A stretch of 38,784 bases of DNA, taken from a virus (taxonomy: Duplodnaviria > Caudoviricetes). Positions within the stretch are counted from its first letter, which is position 1; each line of letters starts with the position of its first letter. The notes below the pieces were generated by a model, which was given only the letters and a program-made list of their open reading frames with translations, had not been told where the DNA came from and did no database searches. The DNA lies in the IMG/VR virus record IMGVR_UViG_3300048762_000230, positions 1-38,784 of that record. One strand, given 5' to 3'. Shown here in pieces: positions 8,952 to 18,121 of this stretch. The translations under genes were made by a program, and so were the position numbers.

Positions 8952-9938
8952 ATGGGAGAGCGCACTAATATCGTCTGGACGGATTCAACACACAACTTCT
9001 GGCGCGGTTGCACCAAGGTCAGCCCTGGCTGTGTCAACTGCTACGCCGAAACTCTTGTGACGACTCGGTTGGGAGGCGAGTGGGGCAAGGGCAAACCACG
9101 CGTTCGGTCTAAGAGCTTCGATGAGCCGCTCCGGTGGAACAAGAAGCCGAATGTCTGCGGCTGCTGTAACGAAGCGTTCAGCACCGAGGCTGGGTTCACC
9201 CACCGGCACGGCTCCATCATTCCTGCGTTCCACACCCGCCGCGTCTTCTCCCTCTCCCTCGGAGACTGGCTGGACGATGAAGTGCCGATCGAGTGGCTGG
9301 CCGATATGCTGGACGTGATCCGGCGATGCCCGAACCTGATCTTCCAGTTGCTCACCAAGAGGCCGGAGAATTTCACTGAACGCCTGACGGCCGTCATGAA
9401 GCACATCGAGAACTCTTCCGAGAATCACACATCACGTGGAGCCTCCTTGCATTTGTGGGCGCTTGATTGGGTTGTTGGCCAAAAGGTTCCATCGCACATC
9501 TGGATTGGTGCCAGCGTCGAGAATCAGCCCGAGGCTGACCGGCGCATTCCTGAACTACTCAAGATTCCCGCTGCGGTGCGGTTCCTGAGCTTCGAACCGT
9601 TGCTGGAGGACATTGATTTCAGCCGCTTCACCCCCTGGTTGCCAGCGCATCCTCAATACAACGCCAGCGAATGCGTTCAATGGGTCATCGTCGGCGGCGA
9701 GAGCGGACCGCACGCCCGGCCCTGCAATGCCGATTGGATCCGCAGCGTCGTCAGCCAGTGCAAAGACGCGAGCGTGCCGTGCTTCGTAAAGCAGCTTGGA
9801 GCCAAAATCACTGTGCCACACCCGCAATTTGGAGAGTGGGATAATTGGCACGTGAAAGTGAAAGACAGAAAAGGCGCTGACCCGTCCGAGTGGCCGCAGG
9901 ATCTGCAGGTGAGACAATTCCCGGAGGGGGCACAATGA
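8952..9938 (+). CDS. DUF5131 (Gp37/Gp68) family, radical-SAM-like protein
   Basis: WTDSTHNFWRGCTKVSPGCVNCYAE, FQLLTKRPE, RFLSFEPLL, WVIVGGESG, FVKQLG. Confidence 0.92.
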   Translation: MGERTNIVWTDSTHNFWRGCTKVSPGCVNCYAETLVTTRLGGEWGKGKPRVRSKSFDEPLRWNKKPNVCGCCNEAFSTEAGFTHRHGSIIPAFHTRRVFSLSLGDWLDDEVPIEWLADMLDVIRRCPNLIFQLLTKRPENFTERLTAVMKHIENSSENHTSRGASLHLWALDWVVGQKVPSHIWIGASVENQPEADRRIPELLKIPAAVRFLSFEPLLEDIDFSRFTPWLPAHPQYNASECVQWVIVGGESGPHARPCNADWIRSVVSQCKDASVPCFVKQLGAKITVPHPQFGEWDNWHVKVKDRKGADPSEWPQDLQVRQFPEGAQ

Positions 9939-10459
9939 ACATCCGAAGAATTGAAAAGCTCTGGCTGCAATTCCAGCTCAGTCACAACGTACCCGGCGAT
10001 GAATGGGCATCTGATACGTACTGGGGAATGTATAGTGCCGAACACTGCGCGTCGCATGGCTGTGCTCGATTGGCAGCGCAATTCTTCCGGTGGGCGTTAG
10101 GAAGATATCAATCCGAAGACAGGGAGGCCTACGTGCAGGCCAAAGCGGTGGAGGTTCGAATCCTAGAGGCGGCGTTCTACCTGTGGAGATGCAACTGTAT
10201 GGACCCTTTATTCTTTGATCCCGGCAGCGTGACTAGGGGATCCGCGAGCTACATATCGCCAGTCCCGATGATGCTTGTTAAAGCGCTCTACTTTCCCGCC
10301 CTCTCCGATGAAGAATACAAACTTGCTTGGGATGCGCTTGAGAGAGGCATATCAGCGAGAAAGGCGCTGTGGCCACAACGCCGTCGAACCAAAACCAAAT
10401 ACATCGCGCTGATGGCCGCAGCGCAAACCATCACGCAACATGCAAATAAAAAAAACTGA
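9935..10459 (+). CDS. Hypothetical protein
   Basis: ATGA overlap, GGAGG SD. Confidence 0.6.
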   Translation: MNIRRIEKLWLQFQLSHNVPGDEWASDTYWGMYSAEHCASHGCARLAAQFFRWALGRYQSEDREAYVQAKAVEVRILEAAFYLWRCNCMDPLFFDPGSVTRGSASYISPVPMMLVKALYFPALSDEEYKLAWDALERGISARKALWPQRRRTKTKYIALMAAAQTITQHANKKN

Positions 10460-10661
10460 CCAACGGCTTAACGACTTTTGTGAACTGCTGGTAGAACTAG
10501 ACTCGGCGTTCCAAACGTTCCACAGCCAGACGGCCACGTTGGCCGACAGGGCCACGCCCGAAAATGAGGCGGTAGATGTCGGGGCAGATCGCGAGGTCCA
10601 AAAAAGGGTGATTCTTGGCATCGCATACCGCATCAACAAAGCCTCACGCGGCGAGGTATAG
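10440..10661 (+). CDS. Hypothetical protein
   Basis: Operon position. Confidence 0.5.
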   Translation: MQIKKTDQRLNDFCELLVELDSAFQTFHSQTATLADRATPENEAVDVGADREVQKRVILGIAYRINKASRGEV

Positions 10662-10681
10662 CCAGAAGTCATGAAAAGAGT

Positions 10682-11062
10682 ATGAGAAACATCAGCTTTT
10701 CAATTACGACGGATCAAGTGAAGGCCCGGACAAAAACCACAACACGCCGGTTGGGTTGGAAGAACCTCGCTGTGGGCGAGCTGCTTCAGGGGTGCCGGAA
10801 ATGCATGGGGCTCAAACCGGGTGAGCGGATCGAAAAGCTGGCAGTGATCAGGGTTAAGTATGTGCGCCGGGAACCCCTCAATGCGCTGATCGGTGGCGCT
10901 TACACGGATCGCATGGCCAAGCGGGAAGTGATCGCGGAGGGATTCCCGGAGCTTTCAGCCCGGCAGTTCGTTGAGATGTTTTGCCAGCACATGGACTGCG
11001 ATCCAGATGCCGAAGTCACCCGCATTGAGTTTGAGTACGCGACCCGCTCATGGAGCCCATGA
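10682..11062 (+). CDS. ASCH-domain protein
   Basis: ISFSITTDQVKARTKTTTRRLGW...EGFPE...FVEMF...VTRIEFEY. Confidence 0.85.
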   Translation: MRNISFSITTDQVKARTKTTTRRLGWKNLAVGELLQGCRKCMGLKPGERIEKLAVIRVKYVRREPLNALIGGAYTDRMAKREVIAEGFPELSARQFVEMFCQHMDCDPDAEVTRIEFEYATRSWSP

Positions 11063-11065
11063 ATT

Positions 11066-11106
11066 AGTTTTCTTCGCCCTTCCCGCAATCCGCGCCGGAT
11101 ACGCTT
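11066..11106 (+). promoter_or_regulatory. Late promoter/activator-binding element, copy 1 (before lysis block)
   Basis: 39/41 identical to 20410-20450; intergenic at the early/late boundary. Confidence 0.75.
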
Positions 11107-11143
11107 ACACGTTTCCGGCGTGTGTGTTTTTGTGAAGGCTGCA

Positions 11144-11413
11144 ATGACGTTCAGGCAACAGTTGGACCGCTGGCTCCTTGGTATTCCACGGGCGGTGATT
11201 GAGGGCGGCGCAACGGCTGTGACAGCCGCGCTCTCCATCGCAACGGCAAACTCGATAGGGCTGCCAATGAACCAACTCAGCCTGAACCAACTCGGCGCTG
11301 TCTGGCTTGGAGGGGCGGCATGGTCCCTCAATAAATATCTCACGGCCAATCCGCTCCCGACGCCGCAGCCACCTGATACCACATCCACAACATCCACAGA
11401 GGTTAAAACATGA
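11144..11413 (+). CDS. Putative holin
   Basis: First late gene, 89 aa, two hydrophobic segments. Confidence 0.55.
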   Translation: MTFRQQLDRWLLGIPRAVIEGGATAVTAALSIATANSIGLPMNQLSLNQLGAVWLGGAAWSLNKYLTANPLPTPQPPDTTSTTSTEVKT

Positions 11414-12015
11414 ACACTCGAAAATTCCGATCCTTTTTCACCAGCGCCCTGCTGGCTCTCGCGCTGCTGGCTCTCGGCGTCGCGCTGCCGGCCATGGCGC
11501 AAACGACCACCAACCCGCCAGCAATGGTTGCTCCAACTCCGACCGGCCTCCTGACGTCGCTCAGCAGCTATGTGTCGAGCCGCAACACCAACTTCACCTA
11601 TCAGTCCGCATTGATCTGGACTGGCCCAGTATGGGAGAACCAGATCAATTTCGGGAATGAGCTGGGCGCCAGCTACGATTTCTACCAGAGCAACCTGACC
11701 AACGGCATATTCGCGTCGGTTGAAAGCCGGACGCGGACCGCTGGGATTGCCGGGACATTCGTGAGTGAAGGAGTCGGCCTGGAAGGTGGCTGGCTGAGTT
11801 ACGATGTCAAAATCGGCGTCTTCCTCGATGGCGTTTACAAGGTGCCGGAGAAAAGTGGCGCGGCTGAGTTTGGCTTGTTCGGGTTCAAGCTGATGACGCC
11901 CAAAACCGGCGTTGGACTGTTCGCCTCATGGCAGACTGGCCAGCATTACCCCATAATCGGTGGCCAGTTCAATCTGAGCTTCGGGTCCGGCAACGGCTTC
12001 CTCGGCCTGCTCTAA
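11410..12015 (+). CDS. Exported protein, probable small outer-membrane beta-barrel
   Basis: Sec signal (RKFR + hydrophobic + AMA|Q); successive Gly/aromatic amphipathic strands (ELGASYDFY, VGLEGGW, IGVFLDGVY, VGLFASW, GGQFNLSF). Confidence 0.6.
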   Translation: MNTRKFRSFFTSALLALALLALGVALPAMAQTTTNPPAMVAPTPTGLLTSLSSYVSSRNTNFTYQSALIWTGPVWENQINFGNELGASYDFYQSNLTNGIFASVESRTRTAGIAGTFVSEGVGLEGGWLSYDVKIGVFLDGVYKVPEKSGAAEFGLFGFKLMTPKTGVGLFASWQTGQHYPIIGGQFNLSFGSGNGFLGLL

Positions 12016-12170
12016 GTCGTCAATCCATTCCAAAACCAAGCCGCAACCAAATCGGGAGCAAAATCCATGGTGCACAGCGATAACCGAGTGATTGAGTGCA
12101 GGCCGCCGTACCCACCGTCGCGGATGGCTCAGTCTGTCGGCTCGGCCGCTGTGCGCCATGGCCGTGTCAG

Positions 12171-12644
12171 ATGCGCATAGCCCTTTACGAGGGGATCGGC
12201 CGCGTCAGCCGGGCCATCCGCTGGATTACCAGCAGCCGGTTCTCGCACGCGGCGTTCCTGCTCGACGATGATTCCGTGATCGAGGCGTGGGTGCCATGCG
12301 TGCGGCATGTGAGCAGCCTCTCGGCCCAGCACACCCCGGGAACGACGGTCCGGATCATGGAATTTGCCGAGCCGCTCAGCGCCGATGAGAACAGGGCTCT
12401 GCAATATCTGGCCTTTGGGGATCTCGGAATCCCCTACGACTTTTTCGGTTGCGTGCATTTTCTGACGCGGCAGAAACAGGACAAATGGGACACCGGGAAA
12501 ATCTTTTGCAGCCGGCAGGTCTATTCCCGCACCGAGAAGATTGGCCGGCTGCTGCTCGCGCGCACCCTGGATTATCAGGTGTCCCCTGGACTGATCTGGC
12601 GTTCACAGCGGCTGATTAACACACACTCCATCACAACAGTATGA
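12171..12644 (+). CDS. Permuted papain-like NlpC/P60 (YiiX/YaeF, C92) hydrolase
   Basis: IRWITSSRFSHAAF (His), GIPYDF, KIFCS (Cys), VSPG. Confidence 0.8.
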   Translation: MRIALYEGIGRVSRAIRWITSSRFSHAAFLLDDDSVIEAWVPCVRHVSSLSAQHTPGTTVRIMEFAEPLSADENRALQYLAFGDLGIPYDFFGCVHFLTRQKQDKWDTGKIFCSRQVYSRTEKIGRLLLARTLDYQVSPGLIWRSQRLINTHSITTV

Positions 12645-13066
12645 TCCCACTCATCCTCGCTCAGCCCATTCCACTGTTGCCCCCGCCGGATTCCTACCAG
12701 GCCGTGGGCTGGGTATGTGTGATGGTCCTGGGACTGAGCGGCGGGGTTTATTATGCGCTCTTGCTCATGGACCGGTTGAAAGGCAAGCCACAACAGCCAC
12801 CCAACCGCGCACTTGAATCCACGCTCAATGCGGTGGAATCACGCGTCGTGGCCATTGAGAAAAAGCTGGACGGTTTTATCAGCGTTGAATGGGCCAAGGA
12901 GAATTACGCGACGATTTACGTGCGCTTGAACAAGGGGGAGAAAGATATCGCCGATGTTTGGACGACCATGCGGCTGGAGGATGCCGCGACCCGGGACACG
13001 ATGCACCGCTACTTTCAGGAGATCGAACGCGCGCTGGGACGAATCGAGGGCGCGATCAAGCATTGA
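12641..13066 (+). CDS. Membrane-anchored coiled-coil protein (Mu gp25-like position)
   Basis: N-terminal TM, C-terminal LGRIEGAI; synteny. Confidence 0.6.
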   Translation: MIPLILAQPIPLLPPPDSYQAVGWVCVMVLGLSGGVYYALLLMDRLKGKPQQPPNRALESTLNAVESRVVAIEKKLDGFISVEWAKENYATIYVRLNKGEKDIADVWTTMRLEDAATRDTMHRYFQEIERALGRIEGAIKH

Positions 13067-13068
13067 AT

Positions 13069-13338
13069 ATGAACAGCGCACAGCAGAGAGAGGACTTGCG
13101 GCATGTGGTGCTTGACATTCTTGCGACGCGCCACCCCGTCGCGCTGCCACCGCAGGCCATCCGCCGCCGTGCCGCGATCGAGATGGACTTCACGCTGGAA
13201 GACGCCGACGTGATCGCCGCGCTCGAGCTTCTTGCGGGTCTTGGCCTGGTCAAAAGTGAAACGGACAGCCTGGGCAGCATGAAGTATTGGAATGCAACCG
13301 CCGCTGGAGTGCTGGCTTTCGAGAGGGGCGTAACATGA
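13069..13338 (+). CDS. Mu gp26-like winged-helix protein
   Basis: EDLRHVVLDIL...ALELLAGLGLV...ATAAG; position before terminase small subunit. Confidence 0.65.
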   Translation: MNSAQQREDLRHVVLDILATRHPVALPPQAIRRRAAIEMDFTLEDADVIAALELLAGLGLVKSETDSLGSMKYWNATAAGVLAFERGVT

Positions 13339-13571
13339 CCCCGACAATTGGCAGAATCGTCCACGCGGTCCTCCGCGATAACCGCGGGGCTGTGATCATC
13401 CGCCCGGCCATCATCACGCGCATATGGGATGGCAGCTCATGCGTTCAAGCAACGATCTTTCCTGACGCAAACAATGACGGCCTTGGCCAAATCCTTTCGA
13501 TGTCGTCGCTCCCTTGCGATCCGGCTGGCCTGTTGGAAAATTCCTAGCATTGGCCGCCGAAAGACTATTGA
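13335..13571 (+). pseudogene. Small phage protein (PTIGRIVH...PAIIT type) interrupted by in-frame TAG
   Basis: ORF stops at TAG 13545-13547 but continues HWPPKDY to TGA 13569-13571, which overlaps the next ATG. Confidence 0.55.
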
Positions 13572-14299
13572 TGACCACGCGTCGTGGAAAGATTGCCCGC
13601 CTGCCCCTCGCCATCCGCGAGGAGATCAACCGCCGGCTGCTTGAGAACCTGACGGCGCGCAAGATCTGCGGCTGGCTGAATGAATTGCCGGAAGTCAAAT
13701 CCGTCCTGGCTACTTTCAACGATGGCAATCCGGCCGGGCCGATCGACGGCAACAATATTTCCGAATGGCGCCATGGCGGCTTCGAAGATTGGAGCCGGCG
13801 CCGGGATTCCATCGAGGAGACGCGGGAGATTGCCCAATGGAGCGTGAAGCTGGCCAAGGCCAGTGGGGGCAATATCACCGAGGGCGCCGCGGCCATCCTC
13901 TCCGGGCAGATCCTTGAGGTGCTCGAAGGGCTGGCCAGGTTGAAATCCGACTCAGGGGGCGACGATGAAAAGACCGCCGAAAAACTGGCGGCGATCGCCC
14001 AAACCGTTGACCAGGTCTCGCTGGCCCTGCGGCGGGTGCGAAGCGGAGACCACGATCGCATCAAGCTGGACCAGAATCAGGAGCGCCTCGGGCTGAGTGC
14101 GCAATCCCTGCGGTTGGATCGGGAAAAGTTTGAACTGATCGCATCCGGTAAAATGCTGGATGAAGCCATCCGCCTCAAAGCCGAGCAGATCGCCAACTCC
14201 ACTCTTTCGCACACGGACAAAATCGCCGCGATGCGCAAGGCCGCATTCCAGGACGTGGACGCTCTGGATAAAACGGGCGAGGTTCAGATCCCCACTTGA
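13571..14299 (+). CDS. Terminase small subunit (DUF3486, Mu gp27-like)
   Basis: RRGKIARLPLAIREEINRRL...ICGWL; directly upstream of large subunit. Confidence 0.8.
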   Translation: MTTRRGKIARLPLAIREEINRRLLENLTARKICGWLNELPEVKSVLATFNDGNPAGPIDGNNISEWRHGGFEDWSRRRDSIEETREIAQWSVKLAKASGGNITEGAAAILSGQILEVLEGLARLKSDSGGDDEKTAEKLAAIAQTVDQVSLALRRVRSGDHDRIKLDQNQERLGLSAQSLRLDREKFELIASGKMLDEAIRLKAEQIANSTLSHTDKIAAMRKAAFQDVDALDKTGEVQIPT

Positions 14300-14302
14300 T
14301 CG

Positions 14303-15919
14303 ATGGCCCCAAAGCGACAGCGCAGGAAGTATGAGCAGGTTGCGCTAGTCGCAGTCCGCAAGACCCGCCAGATCGTGTTGTTCTGGGCGCGGCGCTGTCG
14401 CAAATCCACCACGCTCGGAAGCATCGCCTTTGACGAGATGAGCAAAGAGCCAGGGCGAATGGTGATCGCCGCATCCGCCTCGCTGCTCCTGGGAAAGGAA
14501 TTGGTCGGCGTGACCCTGTCCGCCGCCGAGCAGGCGATGGTCGTGGCGCAGGAGGCGGCCGCAGTGCGGGAGGTGTTCGAAGCGCGCGCAGGCGAAAAGA
14601 GCCTGGACTTTAAAGTGGCCGACTCCGGCAAGGACAAGGTTCTCACGGGAATGACCGCGGAGGATTTTGCCGAGCTTTACCAATCAAGCCGGATGGAGTT
14701 GCGCCTCTACTTTGATCGCACGTCCTATTCCCGCGAGCAGGTGATTGCGCCCAACCCGGCCACCGCCCGGTCCTGGCGCGCCCTGGTCCTGCGGGATGAG
14801 GCGGGTTACACGCCGGCCAATCTCGAAAATGAGCTGCGGGTTGCCACCGATCCCATGATGCGCGACACGCCGGACTTGAAGATGGTTTACGCCTCCAACC
14901 TTTGCATGAACGACCGGCATCCGTTTTTTGAAATGACGATGCCGCGCGAAATCACCAGCAGCTCGGAGGAAGAACAATTTCCCGCCAATCAATCCGGCCA
15001 CCTTTACATCGGGCAACAGGGGATCCTGGTGCACCGCGTCGCATTAAAGGACGCATACGCGGCCGGCCATGAACTCTTTGACGACGCTGGCAAGGCGATG
15101 ACGTATGAGGAATGCAGGACATTCCCACAGTTCAGACTTGGCTGGGATGCCACCTACGCGTTGAACCACAAGCCCGGTGGCGCGGCGGTGATTGATCTGA
15201 TTGCCCTCCTGACCGCCCAGCGCCGCGGCTCCGGCCAGTGCGCGTTCGTTTATGTCGAAAGCGATGCGGATTGGCGCCGCGCCTGCGAGCTGCTCCGGTC
15301 CCTGCTGAAGAACGGCAAAGTGGGCATGGGCTTCGACGTGGCCAGCACGACGGGAGAATTGAGCAACCCGTCGAGTGTGACGGTGACGGAGAAGATCGGC
15401 ACGGAACGATTTCAGAGACTGGTTGCGGTGTTCAAAAGCAAAAAGCGCGTGGTAATGAGCGCCCGTCTTGAGGACCTGATCGGGATCGTCCGAGCCCGGA
15501 AGACCGGCGGCCCGGCCCGGAGGCTCTGCATCGATGCCAGCAACGAACGCCTGGCTGCTGAGGAGACGGCTGACGATCTGCGCGGCAAGATTGCGGTCGA
15601 ATTGGTGATCGGCGGCGGCTCGATCCATCCACCCGGTTACACTGAGCCGACCAATTACAAGACATACCTGGGAGATCTTTACAGCACGGCGGTCAATGAC
15701 GGGTGCTACTCGCTGCCCCCGGATAAATATTTCAAGGACGATCACCGGCTCACCATGAAGGACGGCGGCCGGTATATCTGCGTTCCGGATCCGGACGGCA
15801 AACACGGTGACACCTTCGATTCCGGCAAGCAGGCCGAATGGGCTTTGGTCTCCAAGGGTGACACCTGCACCTTTGCCAAACCGGCGGGGATTGGAACCTA
15901 CCAAGGAGTCGGTTTATGA
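14303..15919 (+). CDS. terL: Terminase large subunit
   Basis: Walker A-like WARRCRKST, Walker B LRDEAG, nuclease GFDVA, IDAS, HGDTFDS. Confidence 0.85.
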   Translation: MAPKRQRRKYEQVALVAVRKTRQIVLFWARRCRKSTTLGSIAFDEMSKEPGRMVIAASASLLLGKELVGVTLSAAEQAMVVAQEAAAVREVFEARAGEKSLDFKVADSGKDKVLTGMTAEDFAELYQSSRMELRLYFDRTSYSREQVIAPNPATARSWRALVLRDEAGYTPANLENELRVATDPMMRDTPDLKMVYASNLCMNDRHPFFEMTMPREITSSSEEEQFPANQSGHLYIGQQGILVHRVALKDAYAAGHELFDDAGKAMTYEECRTFPQFRLGWDATYALNHKPGGAAVIDLIALLTAQRRGSGQCAFVYVESDADWRRACELLRSLLKNGKVGMGFDVASTTGELSNPSSVTVTEKIGTERFQRLVAVFKSKKRVVMSARLEDLIGIVRARKTGGPARRLCIDASNERLAAEETADDLRGKIAVELVIGGGSIHPPGYTEPTNYKTYLGDLYSTAVNDGCYSLPPDKYFKDDHRLTMKDGGRYICVPDPDGKHGDTFDSGKQAEWALVSKGDTCTFAKPAGIGTYQGVGL

Positions 15920-16077
15920 GAAACCTGATTTGCCCTGAGCGGCGTTGCTGCCTGCCACACCGCCCCGAGGGAGCCGATTTTGAATCGGGGGGCGCCTTGC
16001 CCTCGGCGAAGCTCGGCGGCAGGCCGAATCTTGCCCCTCATTTCGGGAGCGGGCGGTTCGCGGAAGGCCATTTTTGA
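15916..16077 (+). CDS. Possible 53-aa hypothetical protein
   Basis: AAGGAG SD and ATGA overlap with terL stop; no recognisable motif. Confidence 0.3.
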   Translation: MRNLICPERRCCLPHRPEGADFESGGALPSAKLGGRPNLAPHFGSGRFAEGHF

Positions 16078-16086
16078 GGTTTCAGC

Positions 16087-16338
16087 ATGCAGACCCATCC
16101 GGACATCTCGGAGCTTCACCAGGATCCGCCATGCACCGAACGGCGGCCCGGTGGAGATTTCTATTCGCGCATGTGCAGCGACAAGACCCGGTACGCGGAC
16201 AAGCGCGACGCGCAAACGGCGATGAACAAATTTAAAACCAAACGGGGCCGGCACGGCAGACCCGAACGATTGAGAGCTTACGCCTGTCCGCTCTGCCGCG
16301 GCTGGCATTTGACGAAAGGTGACAATGAGCATTGTTAA
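16087..16338 (+). CDS. Small Cys/His Zn-binding protein
   Basis: CSDKTRY...RAYACPLCRGWHLT motif common in phage hypotheticals. Confidence 0.65.
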   Translation: MQTHPDISELHQDPPCTERRPGGDFYSRMCSDKTRYADKRDAQTAMNKFKTKRGRHGRPERLRAYACPLCRGWHLTKGDNEHC

Positions 16339-18121
16339 AACACTGGTCAACAATACGAGGGATGCGGTCAGGATCTTGGTGGGAAAGCCTCCAATCCATC
16401 GCCAGAATTGGCTTGGACCCCGCTTTGAGCCGTCGAACATTTCCAGCTATGCCAAGGTCAGCACGATCCAGGAGGCGATCCGGGAGGCCGAAAATGGCGA
16501 TCCAACGACCCTTTTCCGATTCTACCGCGATGCCCTGCTTGGCGATGAACATATCCAGGGTGAACTGGGCAAGCGCAAGTTAGCCGTCCTGGGTGAGCCC
16601 CTGGTGATCCTGCCCAGGGACAAGGAAAACCGGGAGGACATCGCCGCGGCGGCCGCGTGCCTGCAGGCCGTCGAGGATTGCGAAAACTGGGGTGCCGGAC
16701 TTTCCGCATTACTCGGAGCCTCCCAATGGCCCGTGGCGATCGTGGAGAATATCTTCCAGCCGGCAAATGCCGCGCCGGTGCGGTTTTCTGTCGGCGAGGA
16801 AAAAGGCGAGCTGCGTCTCCAATACACACTCAAACGACTGGAGCCTGTCAACCCCATGCTCTTCTGTTACCGGCACGCCTACCTTGTCGGGGGCGTCGGC
16901 CTGGGGACCGCCTCGCCCATCCAGCAGGCCGGCTTGATGAAAGAGGCCCAGCAATCCACATGGAAAGTCGGCACCTCTCCGTGGTACATGATCAATCTGG
17001 ATGATTGGGAACCTTTCCTGCGCCTGTGGCCGATCGATGAAGCAGGCCGCATCATCTATGATGCAAGCAACGCGAGCAAACTTGATTCCACGCGGCACAT
17101 TGTCCATCGCGGCCATTTGATCACCGATCAGCGCGACAATTGGGGTGGCCCAATGCGCGCGATTTCGGCCTGGTGGCTCTTGCGCGGCCTTGGCCGTGAT
17201 TGGTTTGCCCGGTTCATGGAGCGTTACGGTTCGCCCTTCCCGGTCGGCAAGACCAATGTCGATGATCCGCAGGCTGTCGATTTCCTGCGCGAAGCATTCA
17301 ACCTGGCCACAAAGATCGGCGGCCTGGTGATCGGAGATGATGATTCAGTGGAGCTGCAGCAGGCGATGGTGCAGGGCGGGGCGGAGGGACATAAAATCTG
17401 GCACGACGTCTGCAACGACGCCATCAGCTTCCACATCACGGGCTATAAGAGTTCACAGAAGCCGGCGGGGCTGAACGCCGGTGAAGCGACCACGACGGAA
17501 AACATCCGGGAGGATATCCGCGTGTTTGATGAAAAGACGCTGGGCGAAACGCTCGTTAAACAGCTCTTCCGAAACTTCCAGAAGTTTAACGGGCTCACAG
17601 GTTCGATTCGAATTGTCTGGGGAGGCCTGAGCATCGATGACGCCGCGACTTTTGCCGCGCTCTTGAAGACAATGGGCGAGGCTGGACTGGAGCCTACGGA
17701 CGAATCGATGCCGGTCGTGGATGAAAAGACCGGGCTGCAATGGCAGCGCAAAGCGGTCCCCGCCCCACTCGATGACGATCCTGCGGCCGGCCCCAAGGGA
17801 CCGGATGAGGATGATGCGGAAACGCTCTCCACTCGGGCTGGCCTTGGCCGGCTCATTTGCTTCAGCGCCGGCGGAGGCCCACGGCGCCATGATCCCGTGG
17901 ACGGGATAGTTGCCAGGCGCAAGGAAGCTCTTGTCGCGGCATACAAGGGGGCGATGGCGCCCTTCCGCCAGGCGATCCTGAGCAGCAATTCCAAAGAGGA
18001 ATGCCTGGCCAAACTCCACGCCCTTTACTCTGACTGGTCACCGGAACGGTTGGCGTCTGAACTTGATGCCGCGCTGCAGATCTGCGCCGCCGCCGGAGCC
18101 GCGCGCGCCGTCGAAGGGTGA
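16325..18121 (+). CDS. Portal protein (DUF935, Mu gp29-like)
   Basis: AENGD...DEHIQGELGKRKLAV, DWFARFMERYGSPFPVGK. Confidence 0.92.
   Translation: MSIVKTLVNNTRDAVRILVGKPPIHRQNWLGPRFEPSNISSYAKVSTIQEAIREAENGDPTTLFRFYRDALLGDEHIQGELGKRKLAVLGEPLVILPRDKENREDIAAAAACLQAVEDCENWGAGLSALLGASQWPVAIVENIFQPANAAPVRFSVGEEKGELRLQYTLKRLEPVNPMLFCYRHAYLVGGVGLGTASPIQQAGLMKEAQQSTWKVGTSPWYMINLDDWEPFLRLWPIDEAGRIIYDASNASKLDSTRHIVHRGHLITDQRDNWGGPMRAISAWWLLRGLGRDWFARFMERYGSPFPVGKTNVDDPQAVDFLREAFNLATKIGGLVIGDDDSVELQQAMVQGGAEGHKIWHDVCNDAISFHITGYKSSQKPAGLNAGEATTTENIREDIRVFDEKTLGETLVKQLFRNFQKFNGLTGSIRIVWGGLSIDDAATFAALLKTMGEAGLEPTDESMPVVDEKTGLQWQRKAVPAPLDDDPAAGPKGPDEDDAETLSTRAGLGRLICFSAGGGPRRHDPVDGIVARRKEALVAAYKGAMAPFRQAILSSNSKEECLAKLHALYSDWSPERLASELDAALQICAAAGAARAVEG

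Noticed and set aside
12067-12180. 37-aa ORF between the barrel-like gene and the C92 hydrolase as a possible o-spanin
   Set aside because: No hydrophobic signal or lipobox
13545-13547. Genome-wide TAG reassignment
   Set aside because: Only one internal TAG seen; long genes are intact in the standard code and TAG at 8505-8507 and 10659-10661 behaves as a normal stop
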